Assembly (NCBI RefSeq): GCF_004010195.1
Contig: NC_057719.1
Span: 58,153,823-58,217,822 of the forward strand
DNA: 64,000 nt
Direction: 5' to 3'
Origin: Chiloscyllium plagiosum
Taxonomy: Eukaryota
The first letter of the stretch is position 1, and every line of letters begins with the position of its first letter. The notes under the pieces were generated by a model. It was not told where the DNA came from. It saw only the letters and a program-made list of their open reading frames with translations, and ran no database searches. A program made the translations under genes and the position numbers. Below, one piece after another: positions 47,681-61,808 of this stretch.

Positions 47681-50169
47681 AGAGGTTGGACGGCAACTCT
47701 CCATCCTTCAAGAATTATTTATATAAGCAAATTGTTATGTGAAAAATCTCTCCGCATAGTCAGCTAACTTATTGAAACTAACTTGTTGACTGCATATAAC
47801 TTTTGTAAATTAGAATAAAATCTCCAACATGTGCTAACAGCAGGTAGATTAAGGAAACACCAGAGTGCACTCATCCCTGCTGTGCAATGTTTTCTAAATG
47901 TGGGATAAAAGAAATTCACATTCCTGAAAAAGTATTACTGGGAGCAATCAGCTACGATAATTTATCACCATATACATAAATTAGTGGCTAGACCACACAA
48001 ATTCAATTTTATACAATCTTGGTGAGCCTAAACTAATGAAAATGCACACATGGAAGCTTATAATCCTCGAGTTAGCTTCCTGATTAACTCTTAGAAGTAC
48101 ACTAATGGATACTATTGCCTAAGTTATGATCTGCCCAGGAGACCACCATAAAGTACCCATTTGGTCACATATCTGGATTTTATTCTGATATTACAATGGC
48201 AATATCAATTAGCAAATCTCTTTCCCCATTATGATCACCTAAATTCTTTGGTACATTTCATCTGTCTTCTTTTATTCTGTTATCTAATTCCTTGTACTTT
48301 CTTGTTAATGAATTCTATAATTTAAATGGACAATGGACCACTGGTGAATACTAAACAATTCGAAAAGAATTGCTTTGATGTCATTGATCTTATTTGCTGT
48401 AGCCTCAGCATTTACCAGAAATTTAAAACTAATCCACAAAAACTATTAAACATGTACACCGTGAAAAATATTGCATCTCCTGCAAAAGAAATGTTATCCA
48501 TTTCTTAGAATGCGTAACTGTAGTAATTTTAAATTTAGCATCAGGTCAGTTTTATGTAGTGAGGCAAGTTATAAACTCATCTGCTGAACCAGATATTAGG
48601 TCAGGATTGACATAAATCCTGAAGGCAGACTCTCCACTTGCTACAGCTGGAAAGGTAGTGGGAAAAAAAAAATCACATGGCCTACTACCTTGACTCCAAG
48701 TAACATTTAAAAATTACATGCTTGGGCATGTTCTGGTCCTAATGCCATTTCTTATCATCTTTGTCTGACAAGAAATCCATGACAGCATCCCACTCAGCCT
48801 GTGAAGTTAAATGTTCAGCTGGATTTTAAAGGTTTGGACAGGTGTTCCCATCAGCTTAGCTAAGCATATTAAAATTCTGCACTTTCAGCTCCAGTATCTT
48901 GTAAAATAGTTCAATAATCTATGCAATTATAACTGACCTCCACCTAATTTTCAGCAGTTGGGTGGGGTTAAAATTATCCCTCTTTGAAGTTATTACATAT
49001 TAGAATTTATAGTTAGTACTAAATATTGAGGCCACAAACTTTGAGATAAAGCTATTATTGAATGTTTTTCTAAAGAGTTTAATTGATTGAATTTTTGCAC
49101 TACTTTTGTAAATTATGTGAAGCTTGTGAGTGAAATAAAAAGAATCTGGACTACAGGAGAAAATTTCTTCAATAATTACTTGTGTGAATTAATACTGAAA
49201 TGTTTAACAATTCCTGCATTATTTTTGCAAAGCTTGCTGTTTGAAGAGTTTTCAGAATTAGTATTTCCCAACATGATTTTTGACAATCATTTACCCAGTA
49301 TTTTCAGAATATTTTACTGTCAAATACTTATTCAATCTAACAGTTTCTCGAACAAAAGCAGTATTAATAAATAAAATGCAAAATTCTGTTCTGAGCTTTT
49401 TTTTCCCCAAACCATATACGTCCTTCAAAAATATAAGTGGAAAATACATGGGAACTGATGTTCTCATCAAACAAGGATCTCTAATTTAACAAACAAATGT
49501 TCTAAAACTAGTTTAGTGCATGTATTCTGAAAAATAAATAATCATTTGAAGTTCTTTGATGGAAAAATAAAACAATCATTTTTAATTATTAGTTGAGATC
49601 TTTTACTGAACAAAAAGACAGTCAATGCAAGCAACTTGTCCAGGCAACTATGTAACCCCATTGCATTGCTGACAGTGACATAAGTGAACTGTAGGATATT
49701 GGTATTAGCCAAGTCTCCATTTCAGTTATTACAGGATATGCCTAATCAGCAATTTAATTGAGTAATAGTAAGTGTGTAGTTACAATAGAATTTAGCACTC
49801 AGAATTTGAGCTGAGAGGAAACCTTATGTGGTAATTTCATGATTAACGTTTTTGCTGGACCAAAGTAATGACTTCCAGTTTGGCAAATATGCCTAGAAAA
49901 ACATCAGCAGCATCCTCATATCACGTAGAAAAAATCTTTAATAAAAAGTTTTATACTTGAACCTTTTGAAAGGCAAAAAATGGTTGTTATGGCAAACACC
50001 GTATCACAAGTTTTTAAACATGAATCCTGATGTAGTCAGTTAAGTCAGTGAGCTTACAAATAAAAGGGTGGAATTACGGAATACAAGTCCCAAAATATTG
50101 GTTAAAAAAATCCTGTAAGATAGAATTGGACTGATTTTATTGCTCCAAAGTAGGTGTAGCCTTGCTTAC

Positions 50170-50251
50170 ATGAAGGTTTTCACAATAACAATTTCTTTAC
50201 TAATAGTTATAGCAGAAAAATAGTCAACTCTCACATTAACCTTCCAAAAAC
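50170..50251 (-). CDS. Weak candidate exon (82 bp; FWKVNVRVDYFSAITISKEIVIVKTF)
   Basis: Acceptor gtatttcagtttcag, donor CAT|gtaagc, one open frame. Confidence 0.15.
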
Positions 50252-51162
50252 CTGAAACTGAAATACAACATTTCTGATATATGCACATACTAAATCTCAA
50301 ACATATCTGAACTTTAAACTGTCTTTCAGAATACCAATTATATGTACTGCATTATAAAGTAATCACTGTAATCTGCTCTTCAATACTCTACATCATTCTG
50401 TACCTCTTTCTTAGTCACAGGCATCAGTGCAGAATTACCAGCAATGAAAAAAAAATGCGCACTCTGGTAAAACAACAAATCTATGCCATGAATTCTCCGT
50501 TAATTAGATAACCATTCTATCTTTTGTTCTCTGATTTTAAAATGTTGATGCAATATGCGTACAGATCAGTAAAATGACATGGTTAATGAAATTACAAATA
50601 TCAGAGAATCTTAAAATAAACAGCACAAATCACATGTACGATATCACACTAATGTTGACAGCAGCTTGGCAATGTGAGAAAGAGAATGCGGTTTCCAGGA
50701 CACAAAGTTAATAAAGTGTTTTCTTTTTTGCTGACACACCTCCCGAGATAAATCTTGCAACATTCTGGTGGTGTTACGAATATTTGGACTTTCCCCTTCC
50801 CAGTGTATCATCTGAATAATTATAACACAAATATGTCATTAAAAGGCTGAAAGATTAAAGTTTGTGGACATTTTTCCCATATATCTTCTGCTCTACTATG
50901 GCACTCATCAGCATTTTCCACTTTTTCTGCTCTACTCATGTTTGCCAAGACTTCCAGCTACAGGGGCCATACATGGTCACATGGCAGAAGTCTACATTAA
51001 TGATCAAATTCCTAACATTCCATGCCATACCTTGCAATTAATGCAACTAGCAGGCAGCACTGGTCTATGGCTTAGCAATGAAATGTTCATGGACCCTTGC
51101 ACAAATGCAGCCTGTTCATTTATCCTACAACAAAGATTGTTGTTTAAGAAGCAGAACAGCAC

Positions 51163-51402
51163 TGCAACAAAAACAGAACTTGTTGGAGTAACTCTACAGC
51201 TGTGGCAGCACCAGTGGAGAGAAAATGGAGTCAACGTTATGGGTCCAGTGATCCTTCTTCAAAACTGACATTACATCACGATTAATGGCAGGTTAAGTGT
51301 CTCAAAAATGTAGACAGAAGTGGGTACTGCAGATGCTGGAGATTAAAGTAAAGGTTAGAGTGGTGCTGGAAAAGCACAGCAGGTGAGGCAGCATCCAAGG
51401 AG
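51163..51402 (-). mobile_element. Two short decayed PLE tails (~51163-51268 and ~51315-51402)
   Basis: Similar to 20598-20700 and 16238-16330 respectively. Confidence 0.65.
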
Positions 51403-52687
51403 CTGGTCTACCTTCCCTAAAACTTCAGTGAAAACTTTAAATACAGCTTTTCAATTGTGTATGCTATATCAGTGAAATGAGAAGTGATTTTGTTGTTTTA
51501 GACAATGTAAATAACAAAACACTTCTTGAAGCTGATTTGTAATATAAATATACCACTACATACATACAATGTTTTTGTGACCCATACTAACATGGACTAT
51601 TTTAAGCAAAGTCATCCATATCATCAGAACTACAAGTTGTCCAGTTTAGTTTCCTTCAAAGCAGATGGAAGTATTTCACTAACAAGAACAATGACTAATT
51701 GTACAATATATAATGCAAAGTAGAGAAGAAACTAGACTTTACAAAGGAAAGCACCTTATTTTAAGATATGTCCATATATAAGACCATAAGATGTTGGAGC
51801 AGAGTCAGGCCATTTGGCCTATAAAGTGTGCTCCACCATTTAATCATGGCTAATATGTTTCTCAACACCATTCTCCTGCCTTCCTCCTGTAACCTTGATC
51901 TCTTTACTAATCAAGAACCTATCTGTGTGTCTTAAATACAGTCAATGACTTGGTCTCCACAGCCATCTGCAGTACTGTTCAACAGATTCATCCAGCCTGG
52001 CTGAAGTTCTTCATCTCAATTCTAAATGTTCGTCCCTTCATTCTGAGGCTACACCCTTGAGTCTTACTCTCTCCTACCAGTGAAAACATATTTTCCATAT
52101 CCATTCTATGCAAGCCTCTTATCATTCTGTATGTCCCCATCATCCTTCAAATATCCATCGAGAACAGACCCAAGAGTTCTCAACTGCTCCTCATATATTC
52201 AAGCCCTTCACCCTAGATCATTCTTGTAAACCTCCTCTGGAACTCCTCCAAGGCCAGCACATCTATTCTTGGACCCAAAAATGCTCAAAATTTTACAAAT
52301 ACAGACTGACCACTGTCTTATACAGCCTCAGCAACACATCTCTATTCTTGTATTCTAATCCTCTTGAAATTTGCCTTCCTAACTAAAAAGTGAACCTGAA
52401 CATTAACCTCAAGAGAAGCTGGAATTAGGAATCCCAAGAGCCTTGTGTTTCAGATTTTCAAAGCCTTTCCCAATTTAGAAAATAGTATATGCCTCTATTC
52501 TTCCTACCAAAGTGCATAACCTCACACTTTCTCAGTGTATTCCATCTGCCACTTCTTTGCCCACTCTCCTAGCCTGTCCAAGTCCTTCTGCAGTCTCCCC
52601 GCATTCTCAACACTATTCCTCCAACTATCTTGTGTCATCTGCTAACTTAGCAACAATGCCCTCAGTTCCTTCATCCAGATCATTAAT

Positions 52688-52986
52688 GATGTGGAGGTGC
52701 CAGTGTTGGACTGGAGTGGACAACACCAGGTTATAGTCCACCAGGTTTATTTGGAAGTACTAGTTTTCCTAGCGCTGCTCCTTTCTCAGGGAGCTAGTGG
52801 GTCAGGATCATACAACACAGAATTTATTGCAAAAGGTCATAGTTTCATACAACTGATGCGATTATTGAATAAATTTAGATTGCTGTTAAGTCTTTCATCT
52901 TTTAGAATGGATTGCAGATTTTGATTCATTGATATGTAAACTCTAGAACTTCTTTCAAATCATATTCTCGCGGTAACTTAATGTAA
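52688..52986 (-). mobile_element. PLE 3' end of the fold-back family, non-palindromic copy, 13-bp TSD
   Basis: CCAGATCATTAAT at 52675-52687 and 52987-52999; contains 'caacaccaggttatagtcc..caggtttatttggaag' plus ~190 bp beyond the decayed hammerhead. Confidence 0.8.
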
Positions 52987-53009
52987 CCAGATCATTAATA
53001 TAAAATGTT

Positions 53010-53611
53010 TGATGATACTGCCTCTTTAACAAGGTTATTTTGCCCTTGTTTTTTTCAAGAGTCATTGTAAAGGCACAGGTTCCGATATGTCTGGAAATAT
53101 CTACTTGAAAAGGCTTTTAAGTTTCTTTTTTAAAACACTTGTACAATAAAAGGGAAGTGGCCAGTTTTCCCAGTTCAGGGTTTTTCTGGTTTGGTTTTAG
53201 CAAGCAGTCTGTTTGAAGCTGCTGGTCAAAGAAAGCTACTGGAGGAGAAGGTTTCCTGATTCAACAGAGGTTTTTTGGCTGACTCTCTCTGCAGTCTCTA
53301 TTCTGTAAGAACCTATGTTTGAATTTACCTTTTTGCCAAGGGATGTGTTGTGGGACGTTGCAGGAAATCAGAACGGCTCTTTGTTAAGTTGCATTTGTGT
53401 GTTAGTTGGGTTTTCAAATAGTTATGTTATTCTAAATTCGTTTTTCTTTTGTTGCTGTATAAACAAATCCTGTTTTGTTTAAAACTGAGAGGTTTGATCA
53501 GCTGCATTACTCCTGGAATGTTCATCTTACATTTGCTTAAAACAACCAGAAAAGTTAGGTTCTGGGCTACCTTCTTAAAATGTTTCGAAGGGTCTGGCGT
53601 GGTCCATAGCA
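53010..53611 (+). mobile_element. Solo LTR of a Ty3/gypsy element
   Basis: TG...CA ends, flanks ATGTT/ATGTG; its 3' end is homologous (opposite orientation) to 61809-61960. Confidence 0.8.
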
Positions 53612-54222
53612 ATGTGAACATTTGCAGTCCTAACACTGACTCTTGCCGGACCCTACTAGTCACCAGCTGCCATCCTGACAGAGATCCTTTTTAACCCTAC
53701 TCTCCATCTTCTGCTAGCCAATCCTCTATCCATGCCAATGTCTTGCCCCAAACACCATGGGCTCTTATTCAGGGATATATGTCCAGATGTGTCACAATTG
53801 TGAGCTGTCCTGGGTTATAGATTTTTAGATTTAGATTTACTAGGTTTAATTTAGCTATTCATAGATGGTTTTATTTTAATAATACATGTACATTTCTCGT
53901 CTAACAAAGATGCCATATTGTGTGATCACACCATGTAACACAGTTTAAAAAAAAGCCATTATTATTAATTTCCACAAATCACAACACTGCCATTTTAAAA
54001 AAATTGAAAGTGACTGTGAGGAACACTTCCAGGATCTTACCAACAGTACTGCCCTTGGGTCTTCAAGCTACTAATGAATAATCATTTGTTCTTTTAAATT
54101 CAAGGTAAACATTCTAAACACTTCATTATTGTTTGGTTTATGGCAATGTGCTTGCACAGACACATCAAACTGAAGTGACCATTACAACATCATTAATTAA
54201 TTAGAAGTGAACAACAACCTTT

Positions 54223-56130
54223 AGTCATAGTCATAGTCATAGTCATAGTCATAAAGTCATACAGATGTACAGCACGGAAACAGGTCCTTTGGTCCAACTC
54301 TTCCATGCTGACCGGATATCCAACCTTATCTAGTCCAATTTGCCAGCATTTGGCCCAAACCCCTCTGAAACCTTCCTATTTATATACCCATCCAGATACC
54401 TTTGGAATGGTATAAATGCTATAACCAGCCTCCACCACTTCCTCTGCTATCTCATTCCATACACGCTCTGTGTGAAAATGTTGTCCCTTAGGTCCCTTTT
54501 ATATCTTTCCCCTCTCATCCTAAACCTATGCCCTCTAGTTCTGGATTCTCCCACCCTGTCCTATCCATACCCCTCATGATTTTATAAACCTCTATAAGAT
54601 CATCCCTCAGCCTCCGATGCTCCAGGGAAAACAACCCCAGCCTATTCAGTCTCTCCCTGTAGCTCAAATCCTCTAACCCTAGCTACATCCTTGTAAATCT
54701 TTTCTGAACCCTTTCAAGTTTCACAACATCTTTCAGATAGGAAGGAGACCAGAGTTAATCAATATTCCAAAAGTGGCCTAACCAATGTCTCGTACAGCCA
54801 CAACATGATTTCCCAACTCCAATACTCTATGCTCTGTCAAATAAATGAAAACATACCAAACGCCTCCTTCACTATTCTGTCTACCTGTGACTCCACTTTC
54901 AAGGAACTATGAACTTGCACTTGGAGGTCTCTTTGGTCAGAAACACTCCCTAAGACCTTACCATTAAGCGTATAAGTCCTACTCTGATTTGCTTTTCCAA
55001 AATGCAGTACCTTGATTTATCTAAATTAAACTCCATCTGCCAGACCTTGGCCCATTGGCCCATCTGATCAAGATCCCATTGTACTCTGAGGTAACCTTCG
55101 TTGCTGTCCACGACATTCCAATTTTGCTATCATCTGCAAACTTACTAAGTATACTTTTTATGTTCACATTCAAACCACTTATATAAATGATGAAAAGCAG
55201 TGGACCCAGCATCAATCCTTGTGGCACTCCACTGGTCACAGGCCTCCAGTCTGAAAAGGAACCCTCCATCACCACCTTCTGTCTTCTACCTCTGAGCCAG
55301 TTCTGTATCCAAATGGCTAGTTCTCCCTGTATTCCATGTGATCTAATCTTGCTAACAAGTCTCCCACGAGGAATCTTGTCGAGTGCCTTACTCAAGTCCA
55401 TTTAATCACATCTACCACTCTGCCCTCATCAATCTTCTTTGTTACTTCTTCAAAAAACTCAATCAAGTTTGTGAGACATGATTTCCCATGCATAAAGCCA
55501 TGTTGACGATCCCTAATCAGTTCTTGCCTTCCCAAATACATGTACATCCTGTCCCTCAGGATTCCCTCCAACAACTGACATCAGGCTCACTAGTCTATAG
55601 TTCCCTGGCTTGTCCTTATCACCTTTCTTAAACAGTGGCACCACGCTAGCCAACCTCCAGTCCTCTACCACCTCACCTGTGACTACTGATGACACAAATA
55701 TCTCATTAAGAGGCCCAGCAATCACTTCCCTAGCTTCCCACAGAGTTCTTGGTATGACTCTATAACTTCGGGATTTATCCACTTTTATGCGTTTCAAGAC
55801 ATCCAGCACTTCTTCCTCTATGGACATTTTTCAAGATGTCACCATCTATTTCCCTACATTCTATATCTTCAATGTCCTTTTCTACAGTAAATACTAATGT
55901 AAAATACTCGTTTAGTATCTGCCCCATCACCTGCGGCTCCACACAAAGGCTGTCTTGCTGATCTTTGAGGGGCCCTATTCTCTCCTTCGTTACCATAGAT
56001 AATTGAAATATCCTTACAAATTTCTCTCTCAATTTCCCGCTGACTATTAGGGAGTCTGTAATAAAATCCCAATAAGGTGCTCATCCTTTTCATATTTCTC
56101 AATTCCAGCCAAATAACTTCCCTGGATGTA
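54223..56130 (-). mobile_element. HER1/CR1 LINE with (AGTCAT)n tail; a short endonuclease piece (55995-56130) is joined directly to the RT region
   Basis: RT ORFs 55775-56032, 55513-55827, 55392-55574 and 55021-55401 ([20 protein letters not shown]); endonuclease piece TLLGFYYRLPNSQREIEREICKDIS. Confidence 0.95.
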
Positions 56131-57294
56131 ACTAAGTAGAATTAATCCAAAAACTAAATACAAAAACAAAATTCCAAAAGCCATTTCCTTGAATATTTCA
56201 TTTTTCAATAGGCAGTGGAGGGATTCCCATCTTAGGGTGGGATTGGAATTAATTCCTAGTTATTGGTGACAGTTCTCAGAGCAGATACTGTGCATCTGTC
56301 TACAAATCAGGTCCCTGTCAGTGTGAGAAGTGGAGGCATTTAATCTTAAGGATTAAATGGTCCATAATGCTGATTCTGAATTAGCCATCCAGTTTAAAGT
56401 TTGGTAGGTATTTCATATAACTTATTTGAATAATTTCTTAGTCAATTAAACAGTTATTAATAAATATTATTCTGTTTGACTACTCATTAATAAAATTTGT
56501 TATTCATTAACAATATGTCCTGTCCTGTCCTGTCCTGCTTAGTAGATAATATTGATGTCAAATTTGATGCATCTGAACTGAACAGTCTGAAGGGGTTAAT
56601 TTGAGACTTTCATTCGGCCTGCCTGGACAACAAAAGTGAATTAACTAACACCCTTTCCAAACTTACACCACTGAAAACAACTTTTTGTTTTATTTATTAC
56701 ATCACACAGCAAACTCAAATAAATATACAAGGGTTTGTTTATTTTGGATTCCTGTTGTGAACTTATCTTCATTTTTTGTATTATATTACTGAATGATAAA
56801 AAAGTCTGAATGGGAAAAGCATAATTGAACTAATAACAAGGGTAGTTAACTGATTACATTATTCTCGCAGCATTTGTTTTGTTTTTGCAGTCTTAGTATT
56901 GATAGTTGACACAGGCACAAAGAATAGTATTGCATAACTGGAAATATTGATTTTCATTAGCACACAGAGCTCCTGCAAAACTACATAAGCAAAGTTATAG
57001 AAGTTGAAATCGCTGAACACATTCCCCAACCCTCATCTCCACCTACAGGAAAATTATAAAAATACAGGTGCCATTTGCTTTATTTCACATTTCTTACAAT
57101 TAAACTCAATGAAAAGCAGGAATCTGCTTGAATTGGGTGCATTTCTGGTTTATTCCAAACCCAGAATTTTGAAGATAAATCTGGATATCGAGAAAGAAGA
57201 ATTTCTTGCATTGTGTTTATATCTGATCACGCAACCAGCAAAAGTAAATTTGCCAAAGATTGCTCTCTCATTAGAAAAGATGACTGGTGGTGTT

Positions 57295-57440
57295 TAACAT
57301 GAGGGCATGATGCCTCAGGTCAGGGGAGGGATTGAGGAGGAGGGTCCTTGACGTTAATCTCAATCAGTGCGGGAATTGAACCCATACTATTGGCATCACT
57401 AAGCATCATAAATTTGCCATCCAGCTAACTGACCCCGGCA
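57295..57440 (-). mobile_element. tRNA-derived SINE head, non-HE1 family
   Basis: Reverse complement: gccggggtcagttagctggatggc...gtgatgccaatagtatgggttcaattcccgcactg. Confidence 0.55.
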
Positions 57441-58499
57441 ACCAGTAGCTGTACAATAATTTATGGTACAATAATTAGTACCATAAAAATTGACAAAGAT
57501 ATCATGCGATTTTCACAAAACTTCGAGAACGAAAATTAAAATATTAGCGCTGACTTCTATAATTCAAATGTATCATACTCCTTGAGGTGAGTCAGTAGCA
57601 TTTGCCAAAGTATGTTTAACCTTTATTATTGCCATATTTAAATGAAATTACAGGTCAACTATTTTACCATCTATAGACACAGATGCAATGTTTAGACAGC
57701 ACAGAAAAATTGTGCCTGAAATCAGTGCTTTATGACCAATTTCCTGTTGAATTAGCAACATGTGATGGACATTACGTGGGGAGATGTAGTCATGAGGCCA
57801 CATGAGATTGATGGACACATGACAACACAAGAGGTTGAAGTGTTCCTGCAAATCATTAGTAATCTTAAAGAGCTAGTGTACCTTGGATCCTGAAGTGAGG
57901 CTATGGAGAGAATAGGAAAGCCTCAGCTACTCTGAATAATGCAGATGTCTAAAAAGTTTCCTTGGTTTGAACTTTTCCATAACAGGTTCAGTGAAAAGCC
58001 GATTGTTGTAGCACAATATTCATGCTTTTGCATGCTGCACACCTGTCATTTTTGCCATTCCAAATCATAAGATCATCTTGAATTCCATGGTTGTTTTAAA
58101 GGTGAAACAAGGAACCAAAAAAACTACATGCTACAATGTGAATACACTGAGTGTGATGGATATACTTACAAGCTATCTAAAACATAGAGGTATGCACACT
58201 GCAAGAGACTGAAGACTCCTTCAAACAAAAAGAGTCCTTAAAATGGGATAAAATGTTTTAAAAAGTTTTCTTAAACGTTTAAAAACAGGGCTCTAGATGA
58301 AAATCTTGGACAGAATTTGGTGATCCAATATTGTATAATCGATGGTGTAGATTTCAATTTCATCCCTGGAGTCAAATTTCTAAAAGGAATTACAACCTAT
58401 GACTTCACCCTTCAAAAGTAAATCATTAAAAATCCTTTAAGCTGAGTTTGCCAAATATCCTTGATTAGAGACAGCATGTATGCCCAGATTTTGCATTGA

Positions 58500-59000
58500 G
58501 GCAATCAGTATTCAATGTCCTACCCTATCACAGCCCTTCCTTTTGTTCTTGTCCCACCCACCTCTTACTCAAAATGTAATACATATTGAATTTCACATGT
58601 TCTGAAGAAAGGCCCTTAACTTGATATGTTAACTTACTCTCGCAACAAATGATGCCTCACCTGCTGACGATTTCAAGCATTTTCTGTTTTATTTCTGATT
58701 TGCACAAACCATCATATTCTACTTTTCAACAAATGTTTGTTCACTGCCACTTCTATTCAAGGCATGCCCACCTTCTATTGTCATCTCCAATAGGATTTCC
58801 ACTTGTCTTGACCTGGTCCATCCTATTGCAAACCTTCTTATTTTCTTTATCCCATTCATCTAGGTCAAAACCTATTCTATTCTATCTCCAATGTGTCCTA
58901 GTATTGATAAAAAGGTCCTTGATCTGAGCCGTTAATTGTTTCTCTCCCCACAGATGATCCCCCACCCGTTAAATGTTTCCATGGTTTTCCATTTTTGTTT
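58500..59000 (+). mobile_element. Two highly decayed PLE 3' tails
   Basis: 'ttctgaagaaaggcccttaacttgatatgttaac...cacctgctga' and 'ttgataaaaaggtccttgatctgagccgttaa..tctctccccacagatg'. Confidence 0.45.
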
Positions 59001-59939
59001 ATGAACTTGTTGTCCTAAAGATTGTCCATTCAAATATCAATCTTCATTCCAGCTAAAATGCCTTATAGGGCTTTGGGTGGTTGCTATCAATCCTCCTGCC
59101 TGCTCTTTTTAAATAAACATTGAACAGATTTGACAATCCTCGGTGTCGCACTGTCACAAAGAAACATCAAACGGTGAAAAGGAAACACAAAAGCGGAGCA
59201 CTGTTATAGAAACAAATTTTAATGGTCAAAAGAAACTTACAAAACTAGAATAGAAATTTATAAAAATCAAATCAAAATATCATTATCTGTAAGTGGTGAT
59301 GCATCCCTGCCCTTGTGGCACCCACCAGTCTCTAAAGGCCTCTATTTTGCAGGTGAATGCCATATGCTCCCCCACAATGGACACATGAACATAATCATGG
59401 AAGTGAGGTACTGGGGCCAGCTGACTGGGACTTGTTAATGGCCGCTGTGGTCTGATCCAGGAGCAGGCCCCTGAGAAGGCCTTCCAATTTGCCCTCAATC
59501 CCCCATCACAAATGGAATGCCAATAGATCAGAAACATGGGCCTGAAGCACAATGAGAAATTTAGAAATAGCCCCTTCAAAAAAATTAAACCATGATTGCA
59601 AATTAAACAATCAACATAAACATGGAATATCAGCTCCCCCAGGCCACAAAAGCGAGATATGACCTGGCATCACAGCACAAACAGCTAAATAGTTAACAAA
59701 ACCCTATAAAAATGAATGAAAACTTAGGTGATGTCTCCAGCCCCTATCAGACCTTACTCCTTTCTGTGCTCAATTTAAGGGTCTCTCGAACTATCAGTGT
59801 CAGAGAATACACTATGGATAAGTCTTAAAAAAAAGACACATTTCCTACATAACTACATGATGGCAATAGGGACAAATTACATTACTATTTAGATATAATT
59901 AAGTCTGTCACTTGGACCTCTTTGGAAATTCGTGCAATA

Positions 59940-61720
59940 TGCCAAATTCTCCACCCAAAGACTGTGACAGCAGATTGGATGGAGTTCAATGGAACATCAA
60001 CACAAATACATTGATTAGAGTGCAGGACAAGTATGTCCCTGTGAAAATTAAGGACAGGAATGGTAGGATTCGTGAACCTTCGGTGAGAGGGGAAATTGTC
60101 AGCTTAGTCAAAAAATATGGAAGCAGAGCCGAGGTCTGAGCATTAGGAGCAAGAGAGTAGCTAGGGAAAGAGAAGGGCGACTCATGGATGAAGGAGGAAG
60201 ATTATGTGGAGCCAGAAGAAATGGGTAAGAACCTTAATGAATACTTTACATCAATACTCACCAAAGAGAGTGATGCAAAGGATGTTGAGGTCAGTGAAAG
60301 GTGAGTGAATACTCTCAGGCAGGTCAACACAATGAAGGAGGAAGTGTTGGGTGTCTTAAAGTACATTAAGGTAAACAAGTCCCCAGGACTAGATTGGATC
60401 TATCCCAGGATACTGTGGGAGGAAAGGGAGGAAACAGCTGCGACCTTAAATGATATCTTTGCATCCTCTTTGGCCTCAGGTGAAGTTCTACAGCACTGGA
60501 GAATGGCCAATGTTGTTTCTTTGCTCAAGGAGGGATACAGAGATAATCCAGGTATTACAGATCGGTGAGCCTGATGTCAGTGGTGGGGAATCTGTTGGAG
60601 AAGATACTGAGAAGCAGTACTTATTCACATTTGGAAGTGAATAGACTTATTGGTGAGTTTGTGCACGAAAGGTCATGTCTCACCAACTTACTGAGTTTTT
60701 TGAAGAGGTGACAAGATTGATTGATAAGGAAATGGCAGTGGATGTTGTCTACGTGGATTATACTAAGGCATATGATAAGGTACGTCAGGTATAGAAGGTA
60801 GAGTCTCATGGGTTCCAGGGTCAGCTGGCTAGATAGATACAAACTGGCTTGGTCATAATAAACAGAAAGTAGGGGTTGAAAGATGCTTTTCGTAATGAAG
60901 ACTAGGAACTAGCGGAGTTCCACAGGGATCAGTGCTGGGACCTTTGTTGTTTGTGATGTATATAATGATCTGGAGGAATATCTGATTAGTAATTTTGTAG
61001 ATGACACAAAAATTGATGGAGTTCCAGATAATGAGGAGATTTGTCAAAAGGATACAGCAGGATATGGATACATCGATTTGGACAGAGAAATGGCAGATGG
61101 AATTTAATCTGGACAAATGCAAGGTAAGGCATTTTGGAAGATCAAAATAATGTGTGAGGAGCACTGACACACAGAGGGGTCCTGAAAGTGGCAACACAAG
61201 TGGATCAGACAGTCAAGAAGGCATACAGCCTTTGTCAGCCAGGGCAACCAATACAAAAGTTGGTCAGTTATTACAGCTGTACAAAACTTTAAGTAGGCAA
61301 AATTTGGAATATTGCATGCATTTCTGCTTGCTACACAATCAGACGGACATGGATGCTTTGAAGAGGATGCAGAGAAGGTTCATCAGATGCTGCCAGTCTG
61401 GAGAGTTTTAGTTATGAGGAGAGATTGGATAAACTCAGATTGTTTTCACTGGAGAGATGGAGGCTAAGGAGTGACCTGATAGAGGACCACAAAATTATGA
61501 GATGCATAGAAAAGGTGAATATTCAGAGTCTTATACACCAGGTGGAAAAATCAACTACAAGAGAGTACAGGTTCAGGTGAGAAAGTTTAGGGGAGAAGTG
61601 TGGGGAAAATTTTTCACACAGAGTGTGGTGGGTGCCTGGAACACAGTGCCAGTGGAGATGATGGAAGCAGGCACACTAGCAACGGTTAAATGGGTCTTGA
61701 TAGATACATGATCAGGAGGG
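59940..61720 (+). mobile_element. Decayed CR1 LINE ORF2
   Basis: ORFs 60305 (IKVNKSPGLDWIYPRILWE...WRMANVV), 61154 (QLYKTLSRQNLEYC) and 61502 (KFFTQSVVGAWN). Confidence 0.9.
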
Positions 61721-61808
61721 ATTTATTATTATTAACAATGGATCTGAAAGAGTTACAGCTAAGATAAACTCCTACACAGTTAATAAACTTTTAATAAATT
61801 CAAAAGCA

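Larger units (their letters stand above)
51780..53770 (-). mobile_element. CR1 LINE 3' part, interrupted by a PLE piece and a solo LTR
   Basis: Tail 'taagaccataagatg'; 'gtgtcatctgctaacttagc' (KLADDT on the minus strand); CR1 sequence resumes at 52987 and 53612. Confidence 0.88.
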
